Position numbers and translations under genes: made by a program. This document shows, in pieces, positions 52,222 through 64,000 of a stretch of DNA of 64,000 nt. The stretch is from positions 98,890,001 to 98,954,000 of the forward strand of contig OZ286461.1 in the NCBI GenBank assembly GCA_965644265.1, read 5' to 3'. The notes under the pieces were generated by a model. It was not told where the DNA came from. It ran no database searches and saw only the letters and a list, made by a program, of their open reading frames with translations. The stretch is from Glycera tridactyla. Taxonomy: Eukaryota. Every line of letters starts with the position of its first letter. Positions within the stretch are counted from its first letter, which is position 1.

Positions 52222-53324
52222 CCCATTGCCATTGTCACCGAATATAGCCCAGATTGCCCAAGGTACATGGAACAGTTGACTAACCAACAACCCAACCGGG
52301 TTTGATCCAAACATATGTTTGCCGGTGATAACATCTCAGGAACGCCAATCTGTTGATATTGAATACACATCGAATATGGTTTTAGCAGATTGGCATCACA
52401 ATAAACCTGATACGCTTGATGCCTGCCTTTCATATAGTCTTAATGTGAACCGAAGTGGGATTAGCGACAGTGACCCACACTGTGACCAGCATAGGGTGAA
52501 AGAACAAACACAATGAAATGTTGTCGTCCCGGTCTATTGGACTGTGCCTATATACTATGTTATCTTATACCACGTGCATCATCTGATAGACGTTGTTTGG
52601 ACGTTGTTTGAGGACATATTGCCTCTTTGATCTGGGATGGGAGATCCGTATAGCTTCTGGCGTCTCTACTTCTCCGATTCATATACATTCCATGTTTCAG
52701 ATGTTGTGCTTTGTATAAAACATCGTCTGTTATATTGGTGTCTGCCTTCAGCTAGTTACTCGGTCAGTTATGTAATCAATTGGTTTATCTGTATTGTTGA
52801 ATGTAGGTAGATGTGTGTCTGAGTCGACAACTACAAGATTCTACAGCCACACACTCATATGAATACAAACAACAACAAACAAAGAACGATATTTCATATA
52901 AGATAACATTTGTTGGCATCGAAAAAACATCCGAAATCGGATAAGGGAGCTGGTGTGTGGGTAAGGTGATGTTTTGACAAGGTGTGATATATTATTTGCC
53001 AATGACACCGGACGGCTAAGTGGCAGATGAGCGGCCTGCACTGCCCTCTTTTGACAGCTGTCCTGATTAGCGGATAGTCTCAGCAGCACGTGTCAACCCC
53101 TACGGCAATGCCCAATGTCCGTCGTTTGGACGATCGGCTACAATGGTCTTACTCTCCCGATACATCGTTTATTCAATGAGTCAAGACCTCCTGGGTGGTC
53201 TCATCTTCTTCAAGAGTACGTCACAGGTGAGCTGTAAACTTCAGTCAATCTAGTAGGTAGATCAACTGTCAGTCAATGCTTCCAATATTGTTCACGGAGA
53301 GAACTCAATCGCCAGTACCTCCAC

Positions 53325-53510
53325 GACTACTACCACCACCACCACCACCGCAACCACCAACGCTTCAACCATCACCACTATCTTGAACACCACCATCAAG
53401 ATAACCACCTTAATCACTACAATACGTCGAACACCACCACCACCTCCACCACATCCACCGCCGCCACTACCACCACCACCACCACCACCACCACCACCAC
53501 CACCACTAAC
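53325..53510. repeat. (CCA)n microsatellite
   Basis: Direct reading. Confidence 0.9.
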
Positions 53511-53647
53511 CCCGAGAGCAACACAGATATATTTACATTAAGACGAAGACCGATATAACTAACATAGCGAACACCATCCTGGCCACTCCGATGAGACCTG
53601 ATGAAGGCAGTGCAGACAACGAAAACATTAGTTAGAGCGCCGCCACT

Positions 53648-53793
53648 CACACTTCTAACATACCAAACCGGCGCCCTGGTTCATTTCACACTCCGTGCAT
53701 ACCCGACCGACCCCCTGGTCCGTTTTCACGCTTCGAACATAGCCACTCGTTTCTGTGAAATTCGTGAATTCAAGGAGTCTTGCCCGATCTTAC
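53648..53793. repeat. Second, short copy of the 39-bp minisatellite element (about 2-3 units plus the same 3' flank)
   Basis: ccactcgtttctgtgaaattcgtgaattcaaggagtcttgc (53743-) matches ccactcatctctgtgaaattcgtaaattcaagaagtcttgc (52172-). Confidence 0.85.
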
Positions 53794-56483
53794 ATTCCCG
53801 CTTGTGGTGTTTTGGTCATTCGTACCGTTTCTATTCTGGCATACGGGTGAACAATATCATGGAGCGACTCTACTGCAGCGCTGACAGGTCAAAAGTCCTC
53901 GTATATCAAGCACCCGAAAGACGAATTAATCTTGCACAGCAGAGGGATTGGTCGATGACGGCGATCCCCTTGTGGTAGTCAAGACGTCAGTAGAGTCCAT
54001 CTAGACACATAGATATCATTGACAGAACCTATGCAGCTGACCACTAACGAAAAAAACAGTGGCGAGGGAATGATAATTCATGCCAGTAGCAAATGCGACA
54101 ATATCTCATAGTAGAGAACAAATATTCTGAATATAGAGGTTCACCTATGATGATGTCCCACTATTACTATTGATAGGTTGGTTTGCTGGTTGGTTGGTTG
54201 GTTGGTTGGGGTATGTAATGCCCAGGCGCTGGATCATTGCAATCCTCTCATCTTGGGGCCAAGAGGAGGCGAATGTGATGTCTTTTGCATTGACAATCGT
54301 CAACATTCATTTGGTCAATGAAAAGAAAATTAAACTCATATTGAAACTCACACTTCGTTCATTGGATCAAAGTAATGATGGTCCATTGACAATATACCAG
54401 ATCTATTGTCAGCGTATCATTCATAGGTTATGATGGGTCGATCGCCTTCGATACTTGACAATTCTTTTACATTCTGCTATCATACCGAAGAGCATTATCA
54501 TTATTGGAGAAAACTCACCTCATCTCATCTCTCGGCTTTCTCCTCTGCACTGACTTAGGAACTTGACACGTTTTCACCATCTTTCAAGAAATTACCACTT
54601 TAGCAGGAAACAATTATCATGGAAACCAAAGCAATTTGATTTTTTATGGAAATAATCAGAATGGCAGAGTTGTATAATAGCCTTGAGGCGCGTACCTTGT
54701 CAGTGGTTCTAATTAGTATCATACATTATAGATGCCCAGTAAAATGGATTGTATTGTTCGCATTTCCGGCTCAGTACGGACGGATTCACAGCTGAATGAA
54801 ATGTCAGAGAACTAGGAAAGATTCTCAACACACATCAACATGAACCAATAATCCCACGTACACCGACTATGATGGACAGTCACCCACCATTGCTTTATTT
54901 GCAGGCAAAGACGTCATGAACACTTGGCGTACCTTATCTAGACGACTGCAATCACCCTTCACTCGAGTTCATAGTCATTTGCTGTAATAAATGCACTGAG
55001 GGGGATTGAGGCATATTGCAATGAATATGATTCTGAGCGAGATGCACTGACTGATGATTTATATGCAAATGATGTTTCGACGAGAGCACACTAGTGCACA
55101 TGCTGTCGAGCTAAGAACACGCACAATTACATGCATTCAGATTCAAGATAGTGACATGTGTATCATGATTCTAGGTGTGAAATGGCAAAATTTGAACTTG
55201 GAGATTCGACACTGGTATTAGGCCAGTATTCTCTCAAAGGCATGCAGCCAGTGTGTGACATCAATAGCATCTGGATCATTAGGATATCTAACCGAGTCAG
55301 GATATGTCCGACAGGAACATCTCAGCGATATCATCATCATCATCTATCTACATGAATAATTCACCAAAATCATGATTCTACAATGACTGCTTTATTTTCA
55401 CACCCATTCCATCCCTTTACATTATGTGTAGATTCAGGAGAGGAGTCAGAAATATATGTCATATTATCTGGAACTTTTTTCAGATTTCCACCTTTACGCT
55501 ACTCTTGGGTCGTACGAGGAACTATCATACTGTCCTCATTTATTGATACTACGATAAAGCAGTTGGAGAGCTGGCTGGAAATCACATGTGACACATTACT
55601 TTGTATCTCACATCACTTGTAACTCATCCTACTAGGACAACTCCACAAAACGACCATTCATTGATATAAGTTGTCCCTGCAGTGATATGATCATTATAAT
55701 CATCCAAGAAGGTGGTCACCTGAATACTGTGAATGTCCATCATCATCTATCACACATGTAAGGCGATGGCGGTACCAACTACTCTAAGACATCACGGACG
55801 TTTATCGTAATCCCCCTCTACTGAATCACAAATTCATGCTTTTGAGATCCAATACCTTGCCGATGTAAATGCGTACAAAATTCGAGAAGAATAAAAGAGT
55901 GGAACCAACAGTAGCTCGAGTATTGACGTCTGGAGAATAATGATGTGATCTATCTTGATGTGGGCGAACAATGTGCATAAAAGCTCAATATATTCGCTCA
56001 AGATTAGCTTACCACATCTACTTAGAGATGTCGTTCTGATATGGCGCCGGTGAATGTAGGAGGTCTAGATAACCTTGTGAGAGGTGATTTGATCTGCATC
56101 TTATCATACAGAGCAGCAGCATGGCCATTAATGTCCGACCTGTAAGGCATGTCCTAGGGTGCAAACAATGTTATGCTACAAGAGAGGAGGCTGCTTCTGT
56201 GGTCTGTCCCAGTATAAAAATTGGCCGCAGGGTAGAATAAAAGCTTTTAGCTGAGTCACTTATCCTGAGATTGTCACATCTCCGGAAACATCCCAGGATT
56301 GACATCCATCAATCATGACTGATATACTACTCATTCAATGAATGGGTGAAGGTGGAAGTTCTCAGCAACACATCCTGGGTATCCTGTGCTGCCATGTTCA
56401 TCGGATGCTATACAAAGAACCTGACATCCGGTCTATAAATAAGGAACTCCATTATTGTACCCCATGAATCCACGTGTTACCAT

Positions 56484-57033
56484 CAGGGCCAGTCTGATTT
56501 AAATCAGCCGATTCATATCATGATTTAAATCACGATTTGAATCACATCAACAAAAATCCAAAAATTGATTTTTTTTTTCAATTTCATCATGAATTCGCAT
56601 ACAAGTTGAGCTTTATTCGATGACTAAGACAGACAGCTGCTCAGGTCACCTGATTTCACTGTTGGTGTGTCTAGATAGAAGGCAATTGATACCATATTTC
56701 AAACATCCTATATGTATACAAGCTTCTATAAAACTACTTTGGCATGTTTGGTTAACCCCCTCGGCTATCAATTAGCATCTCTGCTGTTTGCACAATGCAG
56801 CCTGTGACTTGATCAGGCTAAGTGGTGACACTGGAGGCTTCAATCTGGTGGATTAACGGGTGGGGGGGGGGGGAGGGGGTTAATCACCCTGATTGGAAAC
56901 ATGAGGGGGATGCTGACTTCATTGAACAGAGATTTGATCAGTGGAGGGCTAGTAAGAATTTTGATATGATGATTTAAATAAACAATAAAAAGATCATGAT
57001 TTTCTTTTAAAGGTCGACTGTTTTCCGACCCTG
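56484..57033. mobile_element. Non-autonomous hAT DNA transposon (550 bp)
   Basis: Perfect 8-bp TSD GTTACCAT (56476-56483, 57034-57041); short TIR CAGGG(C/T)C(A/G)G; subterminal GATTTAAAT motifs at both ends. Confidence 0.9.
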
Positions 57034-60000
57034 GTTACCATGCATACAAGAGAATACATATGCTCAGCAGTGACAACATTCCCTGGTCGCATACACAAAT
57101 AAGGCCGACACATGGCTTTTGGACATTCCATCCCATTGATCATGAATGTTGGGGGTGAATCTAAACGTGACAGAGAGATAGGGTGAGCGACACAGACAAA
57201 TTGTAGCTCAATATAAAGAGAAGACTAGAAATCGCCATATCAGAATCCCATCGAAACCATCGCACGGATTTGAAAAATTAGCTGGGGGATGTATCACCAT
57301 CACCTTGGACGTGTTCATGGTGTACATGATTGAAACGAATTATATTTGAATATATCGAGAATGGAATATATGAGCTCATTGCAGTGAGACCCATAATAGA
57401 CAATCACTGTATTCGGAAAACCCCTGTCTTAAGCAGCCACTTCCTGATATCCGACAGGAGTATTTCTCACCACAATTCGTCTATACTGAGCAACCACCTG
57501 TATTCAGCAGCCACTCTTCGGCTTTCCATGCGTAGTAGCTGAATATAGGTTCTAGTGTATATCCATGATAGTCATTAGTTGCCATCACAAACGAACATGG
57601 CAGTTACCTTCACGCTGGCATTGCAGGTATATAGCAAGTGTCTGCTTTGCCTCTCTTCCCAAACCGTAGTGATTCTTCGCAAGGGCTACCGACTGATTGA
57701 TTGATTGAGTTAAGTGTCATATGAAATGCTCAAAAGGACAACATATATACAAAAAGTGAACATAGATGGTACTTGTACAAGTAATAAAATGAACGAAGGA
57801 AGATGGCAGGTTGAGAACAAGAGGAGTGATGTGTATATGTATATGTGTCATTTTGATATGTACAGTGGGATATTGGATGAGAGAATCTAAGCTATTGAGA
57901 AACGCATATGCTTTGAGGGGTAATTAGATCAATTAGTATTATGGCTATTGAGACATGTATGTGTATGTGCACTTAGGGGTTAATGTGCTTGTGTGTATAG
58001 GGACTGCAGCGGGGTAGGCATTCAATACATTTGAATACAGGACTAGTGCTCAGTCTGACGTCAAATCTACAAACTGTATGACTGCAAACAACGGCTTCAA
58101 CAGTGAAAAATTCTATATCAAAATCCAATTTTCTCTTAGGCGTTACATACACACACACACACACAATATGAAATACTATAAATTATAAGCATCACCTGAT
58201 GGTCCCTGTATGCATATGCTGGCCTGAATGCCTTTCACCTCTGTTGGGGAGGTACACTCCACTGCTCGTATCCCACGTGACTGTCGCTATAGATAACATT
58301 ACCATCACCTGGCCATCCCCTCGATAGATATATCGAATCCAGCACCGTGATTGGCACAGAAGGCAAATGATGTATTACCGTACTGTGTGACACCAAGCAA
58401 ACGGACACTAAATAAGGGAGGTCCAGATTATCAACGGGCATGATATACATTTCTGTACTTTATTCCTGAATAGTTCCGTGCATGATTTGATAATTCAATC
58501 AACTGACTGATTTGTGATTACAGATGTCTTCAATCTATGAAATCTTGAATTTGGTGAACGCTTGGTGTTTCTGCTACTCATGAAATGTTCAATTAATGAA
58601 TGGTATCCCAATCATCGACACCTGCCCACTCACCTATTCACCTATTCGCTTAATGGAATCCCTGGCTCACTGAAATCCCTGGCTCGGCCCAAGGGGTGAG
58701 CATGGATCCTGAAGGCTCATCGCCTATAGAACCAAACTATATGCTCCTGGCCATGCTGCGGGTCTGGGGGACCCAGCTAATGCAATATCGACATATTCAA
58801 GTATTATCGGGCACGACAGTTGAGTCAACATATGTGAGAGCTAGGGAGACGGCTTATTGACATATATACAACATGCTACTGTGATCAATCTTCGGACAGC
58901 TCGGGCCAGCCAAGCATCGCTCAGAAATATGTAGCAGATCCACGCAACTGCTATGTGGATAATCTACATGCGACTCGAATAAAACTCACAATTGGTAGTA
59001 TAATCAGTAGTGAGAAGTGATAAAGTAATTTTATTTTTGTGACAAGGGTGTTTCATAACACAGCAGCAAGAATATAATACAATCACAATACATCAACATT
59101 ATTACAGCTCGTATCATGGAATTCTCCCGCTCCTCTGATAGAGGCTATCAGTCACATAGCAACTTGTAGTGATATAACTACTCCTGATGGCAGTGCATAA
59201 CAGTACAAATTGAATACAATTCAACATATTCACAAATGGCGAACTATCTTCAGAACTGATTTTCACACTACATACGTTTCCAAAATCTACATATAGCATT
59301 TTAGATACGACACATATATTCCTTACAAAAAAGATACTATGTATATATACATGTTTGAGTATGACACGAGCGTTCATTCACAGTTACTTTTGAGTCAAAT
59401 ACACGTTACACACATACGCTCACTATCTGTATTGGATACACATTTACATGCTAAATATCTCAGTGTCCATTTCTCATCTCAACAATATACATTCGAAAGA
59501 AAAAAAAGATTTATAGCTAAATGTCACATGGTATACAAGAAGGATGATATTTGTCAGCCTGGCGCGCGCTGAGGATACCTTTCTGACTCCAAATTATAAG
59601 ATTGAAAGTTAGCTATCTAAGTAATAGAAGTTGAAGTAATAGAAAATTGATATCAATNNNNNNNNNNNNNNNNNNNNNNNNNNNNNNNNNNNNNNNNNNN
59701 NNNNNNNNNNNNNNNNNNNNNNNNNNNNNNNNNNNNNNNNNNNNNNNNNNNNNNNNNNNNNNNNNNNNNNNNNNNNNNNNNNNNNNNNNNNNNNNNNNNN
59801 NNNNNNNNGACAGTGGTGATTTTGCTGCAGCTACAGATGGTGGTGAGGTTGGTGTTGATGGTGGTGGTGGTGGTGGTACTGTTGGTCGTGGTGATGATAA
59901 TATGAATAATGGTAATATGAATAGCCTTGTTTTTGCACCAAAGGGCAAAACACCGCAGATGAGAGAATATATACAATAACAATCGCTGACATTGCAAACA

Positions 60001-63000
60001 AAAAAGAAATATATGGAAGCGATGAGGTATAATATGAACCGGTCAAGTAGATGAAAGATAATATGCGATCGATGAAATCCTGGTCAATCTGGTACGCTGT
60101 TGTGATATACATCTGCATGTGAATTTTCTGCTGCGAAATGCAGCAGGCCTTATTTTTTTTAAGGTGGCTATGTTCGCAATTTCCTAGCGGTGGTATTGCT
60201 GACCTTGCGGTGTCATTCTTTGCCAACATTAGGTACATGGACTAACATACCATACGTTGTATTGGTATCATTCATACGCTTGACCCAAATGTAGAAGGGC
60301 CACTACTACAGCTGGTCATGTGATGGGTAGCCACAAGAGAGATGTGAGGAGAGCTAGCCTGAATGCTGTGATCACGTAGCTACACCAGGTCACAGACTAA
60401 ATGACAGGACTGCTACCATAGCAAAAAATGCATGAGTTCGTATCAGCAGGACGGAATGATGGCGTGAATGCTTACATATGATCTGAAAAAAGCTCTAGGT
60501 TAGAATTAGTTCAATGACAAATGGCCACAAACCAGCGAGGAGGCCCCCGAGGAGAGTTCGAAATTCAATGCAATATAGAGCAGCATTTAGGAGATCNNNN
60601 NNNNNNNNNNNNNNNNNNNNNNNNNNNNNNNNNNNNNNNNNNNNNNNNNNNNNNNNNNNNNNNNNNNNNNNNNNNNNNNNNNNNNNNNNNNNNNNNNNNN
60701 NNNNNNNNNNNNNNNNNNNNNNNNNNNNNNNNCCGGTAACTATTGTTACCCTGCTAACAAAATAATGATACATCTTCGGAGAGGAGATAAGGCTTCATAA
60801 GGCTGCATAATAGTTATTCCTGGAGATGAGCTGAGTCAGCCCATCTTCATTCCATACATATCATGCACAAACGTATATACAGTAGCCAAATAACAAATTC
60901 TTACATGATAGACAGTACAAACTTGCCAAAAAACATAAGACTGGAAAAAAAGAAAACAGGACATACTTTCACTAGATACCAATTTCCGCTAACTACCATT
61001 CTACCAAGTATATAGTTACTATGAAACTTCACTCAATCGTGCTATGGGTCAACATCAACCACGCTAACGCGCAGTTAGTGTTCATGCTGTTTGGAGGGCC
61101 TGTATTCACCGAACGCCTATCATAGATTTCATATTCAATCATCAGTGTGGCATGATACAAACAGAGTCAAGTTGAAAACTGCCAAAAAAAGAGTCTAATA
61201 GATTCATTTGGCGATGCATTATAGATAACACCAACAGTAGTAGCAGCTAGCAGCTGGCTATACTACTCGGGCAGAGTAAAATATAAACTATGAACTATAA
61301 ATCATTTGCGAAGACAAATTTGGATTGTCTGCAGATGCTATGTGACAATGTGTTTCGGGAGAAATTATACCCACTTTTCACGGATGCTCAACATGTTGCC
61401 ACTGGTAGGAGTCAATTTTTGCCAAGTTCACTATGGGCGATGAGTTTGAATGTTATCCGAGTTCATCTGCATTCCATAATCAAGATGAGCAGCTTAAGTG
61501 ACAGATCGACTCTCAGTTATTAGCATAATCCTGTAATCATGTCATGACAGAAGGATTCCGTATGCTTGACATGCTGTAATGAGATACATGGACGACCTTC
61601 GCAGCTGATCATCTCTGATAATCTAGATGTTGAGAGAGATGGATGAACACATCATACATAGAACTGGGTCATCGCCATAAGTCCTACTCAAGTGTGTGCT
61701 CGGACTTATCGAGTCAATAATAAGAAAGATTCACATTGTCCTGCATCAGTGTATGTATAGTATATATTGTAGATAAACTGTTATCATAATGAGCAACCTT
61801 AAGATGGTTGGATTGACTTGTAATCAAACGACGCCTTGTATACTGATGCTGTTGCTGTGAGCGTGCTACCCAATGGCGATGCCAACGCTCGGCAACCGGA
61901 CTCTTGGCCATTACTAATTCTGGCAAGTGGCCTATTGTCCCTAAAACAGCAAGGTATTCAAAAGGTCTCGCCAGACAAAATTTAATATATTGCTAAGCTT
62001 CAAATGGGCCTAAGAAAGCAAAATTCTGTCATCAATTATAATTTTCTGTCAAATTGCTTATTTGATAGGTTAACATCCTTTCGGTTTCGGGGTGACACTC
62101 CGTACCAGGCCGGTGGGATAAGCCCATTGAGATAAGTCCTCCATGTCACTGGAAAGTCCACAGTGGTTTCAAATTTGAACTCACCGTATGCCGAATTGAA
62201 TATCATATTCGATCTGACATTCCGTGGGAGAAATGTTGAACGAATTCACTTTCACAAGAAGGAAAGAACCGCGATACATTGCAAAAGGCATGGCATTTCA
62301 TTGATGAGAAATGTTCTCTTAAGATCACACCTGTCGAAAGGAAACACGACTTTGTCAATATCCCTGGTAGAATCTCACGTTGATTCGAGATAAATAAGTC
62401 ACGACTGATGTGCAAGAAGTGAAAAGTCAGTTTCTCTCGATCGCTGAGCTTCAATGATAAGAATGACTTGTGTAGAAAGTCAGTCCTGATCTCAAATATT
62501 CTGCATATCTTTGAAGATGATTCGCACACATTTTATCACATTTCTATGGCGGGCCTATCATTATCGTGCGTAGACTTAAAAATTAATCGTTTTTTCGTTC
62601 GCATATTTTCTGGTTTTCTTCAGCAAAAATGGTGTCTGCGTGAAAGTCTGATGATATTCACAGACATTACTCAAGGCGTCATTTCTTGATATACTCTCAG
62701 TGCATGGACAGCATTTCTATATATCTCCTGTATTGATGTACGAGTCATCACGAGTTGTGAAGAATGTGTGGCTGGGTTTTTGATATCTCTTCGACGGAAG
62801 TAGATAAAGTATGCTCATACCTAATCGAATGATGTCGAGGACCTTGTTTTGCTAAATGTCAGAGGTAGTGTATGACCACTCTCTGCTGTGATTTATCTGA
62901 TGTCACAGCTCGATTTTTCGCACAATTTCACTATGATTTGATCACATATTTCGTTCATTTCACCAAAAGGATTAAATACAGTCAATTCGTATTCGTTTCC

Positions 63001-64000
63001 CGGGGGGACGATATAAAGAGACATACAATCAGATGAAATACAATTCAATCTTATGAAGTGTAGTTGATTTTCATAGATGAATTATGAAGATGACTTATGG
63101 ATGAGATGCTGGAAGGAAGACCGGTTCTTGATAAACACCCGATGCACTTTTGCTTTATTTCAGTATCACAGAATTTCAAGCACTATCAGTCACTATTTTG
63201 TAGTTCGTAGATCCTTCATGAGTCCATTGAAAGGCTCAGGAACCATCACCTCGAAGTTTGGGAATTTTCCAATGAATAAGTACCGGTGTGTCACAGCGCG
63301 ATACCTGAAATATCTTTTATATATATTTGACCTTCAATATACACAAGTATACTTACTAGTTAACTTTCATGTTCAAAACTTTCATTGGTGTAGTATGATT
63401 GATTCATAATCCCAGTCCATCACGGTCTAGAGCTCAGATTACTTCATAGACATGATTATTATATTTGATGTAACACGTTTTTGATACAATTTGAATGCCT
63501 TTTGACTTGCCATTTAAAGAATTGCCCTTGGCGTATGAGTTGAACCGGAAACCCGCGACTGGGTCCAGATACCCTGTTTGAATCAGGAGGGGTTGTAGTA
63601 AAACTATAATTCTATTTTGGGACCAAAGACGAAAGCACAAAGAAGTCATACCTGGATGCATTTCAACGATATTTGTACAGTATTTGTACTGGCTACCACT
63701 GTAGTAGTTTATGCTGACGCCATCCCACTGTTTTGTTATCTCTCGTGACTGTTTCAAATCATTTATCTCAGCTGGTTTCATCTGCACCTGCCGCCGGGTT
63801 TCCTGTGACACGACGTGTTACGCAACAATCACTGCCCACTTCTCTCGACACCCAACCAGCAACACCCTTTGATTGCATTAATTATACCATCTATTTGCAT
63901 GGATATAAGAATTCATGTCACCTCTTCGGGATAGCACAATTCATCCCATATTGCAGGTTTGACATGGCATTGAGAGGTCTATTCACTTTGATCTGTGCCA

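Noticed and set aside
46376-53124. Peptide match GNAQ(F/C)PSF between 46376 and 53104
   Set aside because: Only 24 nt (18 identical), which is expected by chance in 64 kb; similarity does not extend and splice/frame support is poor.
6146-60773. Many long ORFs containing X runs
   Set aside because: They are open only because N-masked simple repeats contain no stops.
62060-62110. Hammerhead-like GGAG..CCCC GAAA CCGA on the minus strand
   Set aside because: CUGAUGA is absent (CUGGUAC). The GAAAGGATGTTAA ending also occurs at about 2870-2882 and looks more like a SINE 3' tail.
62200-62689. Long near-open plus-strand frame with internal stops
   Set aside because: No recognisable transposase, RT or host motif.

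Overview
This is eukaryotic (invertebrate-type, about 40% GC) genomic DNA dominated by transposons and simple repeats. Most N runs sit inside or beside simple repeats and look like hard-masking, so ORFs that cross them are artefacts. I can support one complete host gene, which the ORF track misses because it is spliced: a 3-exon minus-strand gene (1980-3604) for a 117-aa FYVE-only, ZFYVE21-like protein. The mobile elements are: (1) a gag-only Gypsy-type LTR element (35361-38744) with a tRNA-Ala primer site, TG...TA ends inserted in (TA)n, and an open frame past the gag UAG; (2) two Penelope-like GIY-YIG remnants with hammerhead-ribozyme-like cores nearby; (3) three CR1/L2-group LINE fragments; (4) non-autonomous Harbinger, Kolobok, hAT (two) and pogo/Tigger-like elements with recognisable TIRs and TSDs. 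There is also a 39-bp minisatellite element present twice and a near-identical 299-bp duplicate. A few isolated exon-like segments could not be joined into a gene. All calls are by eye, with no database searches.
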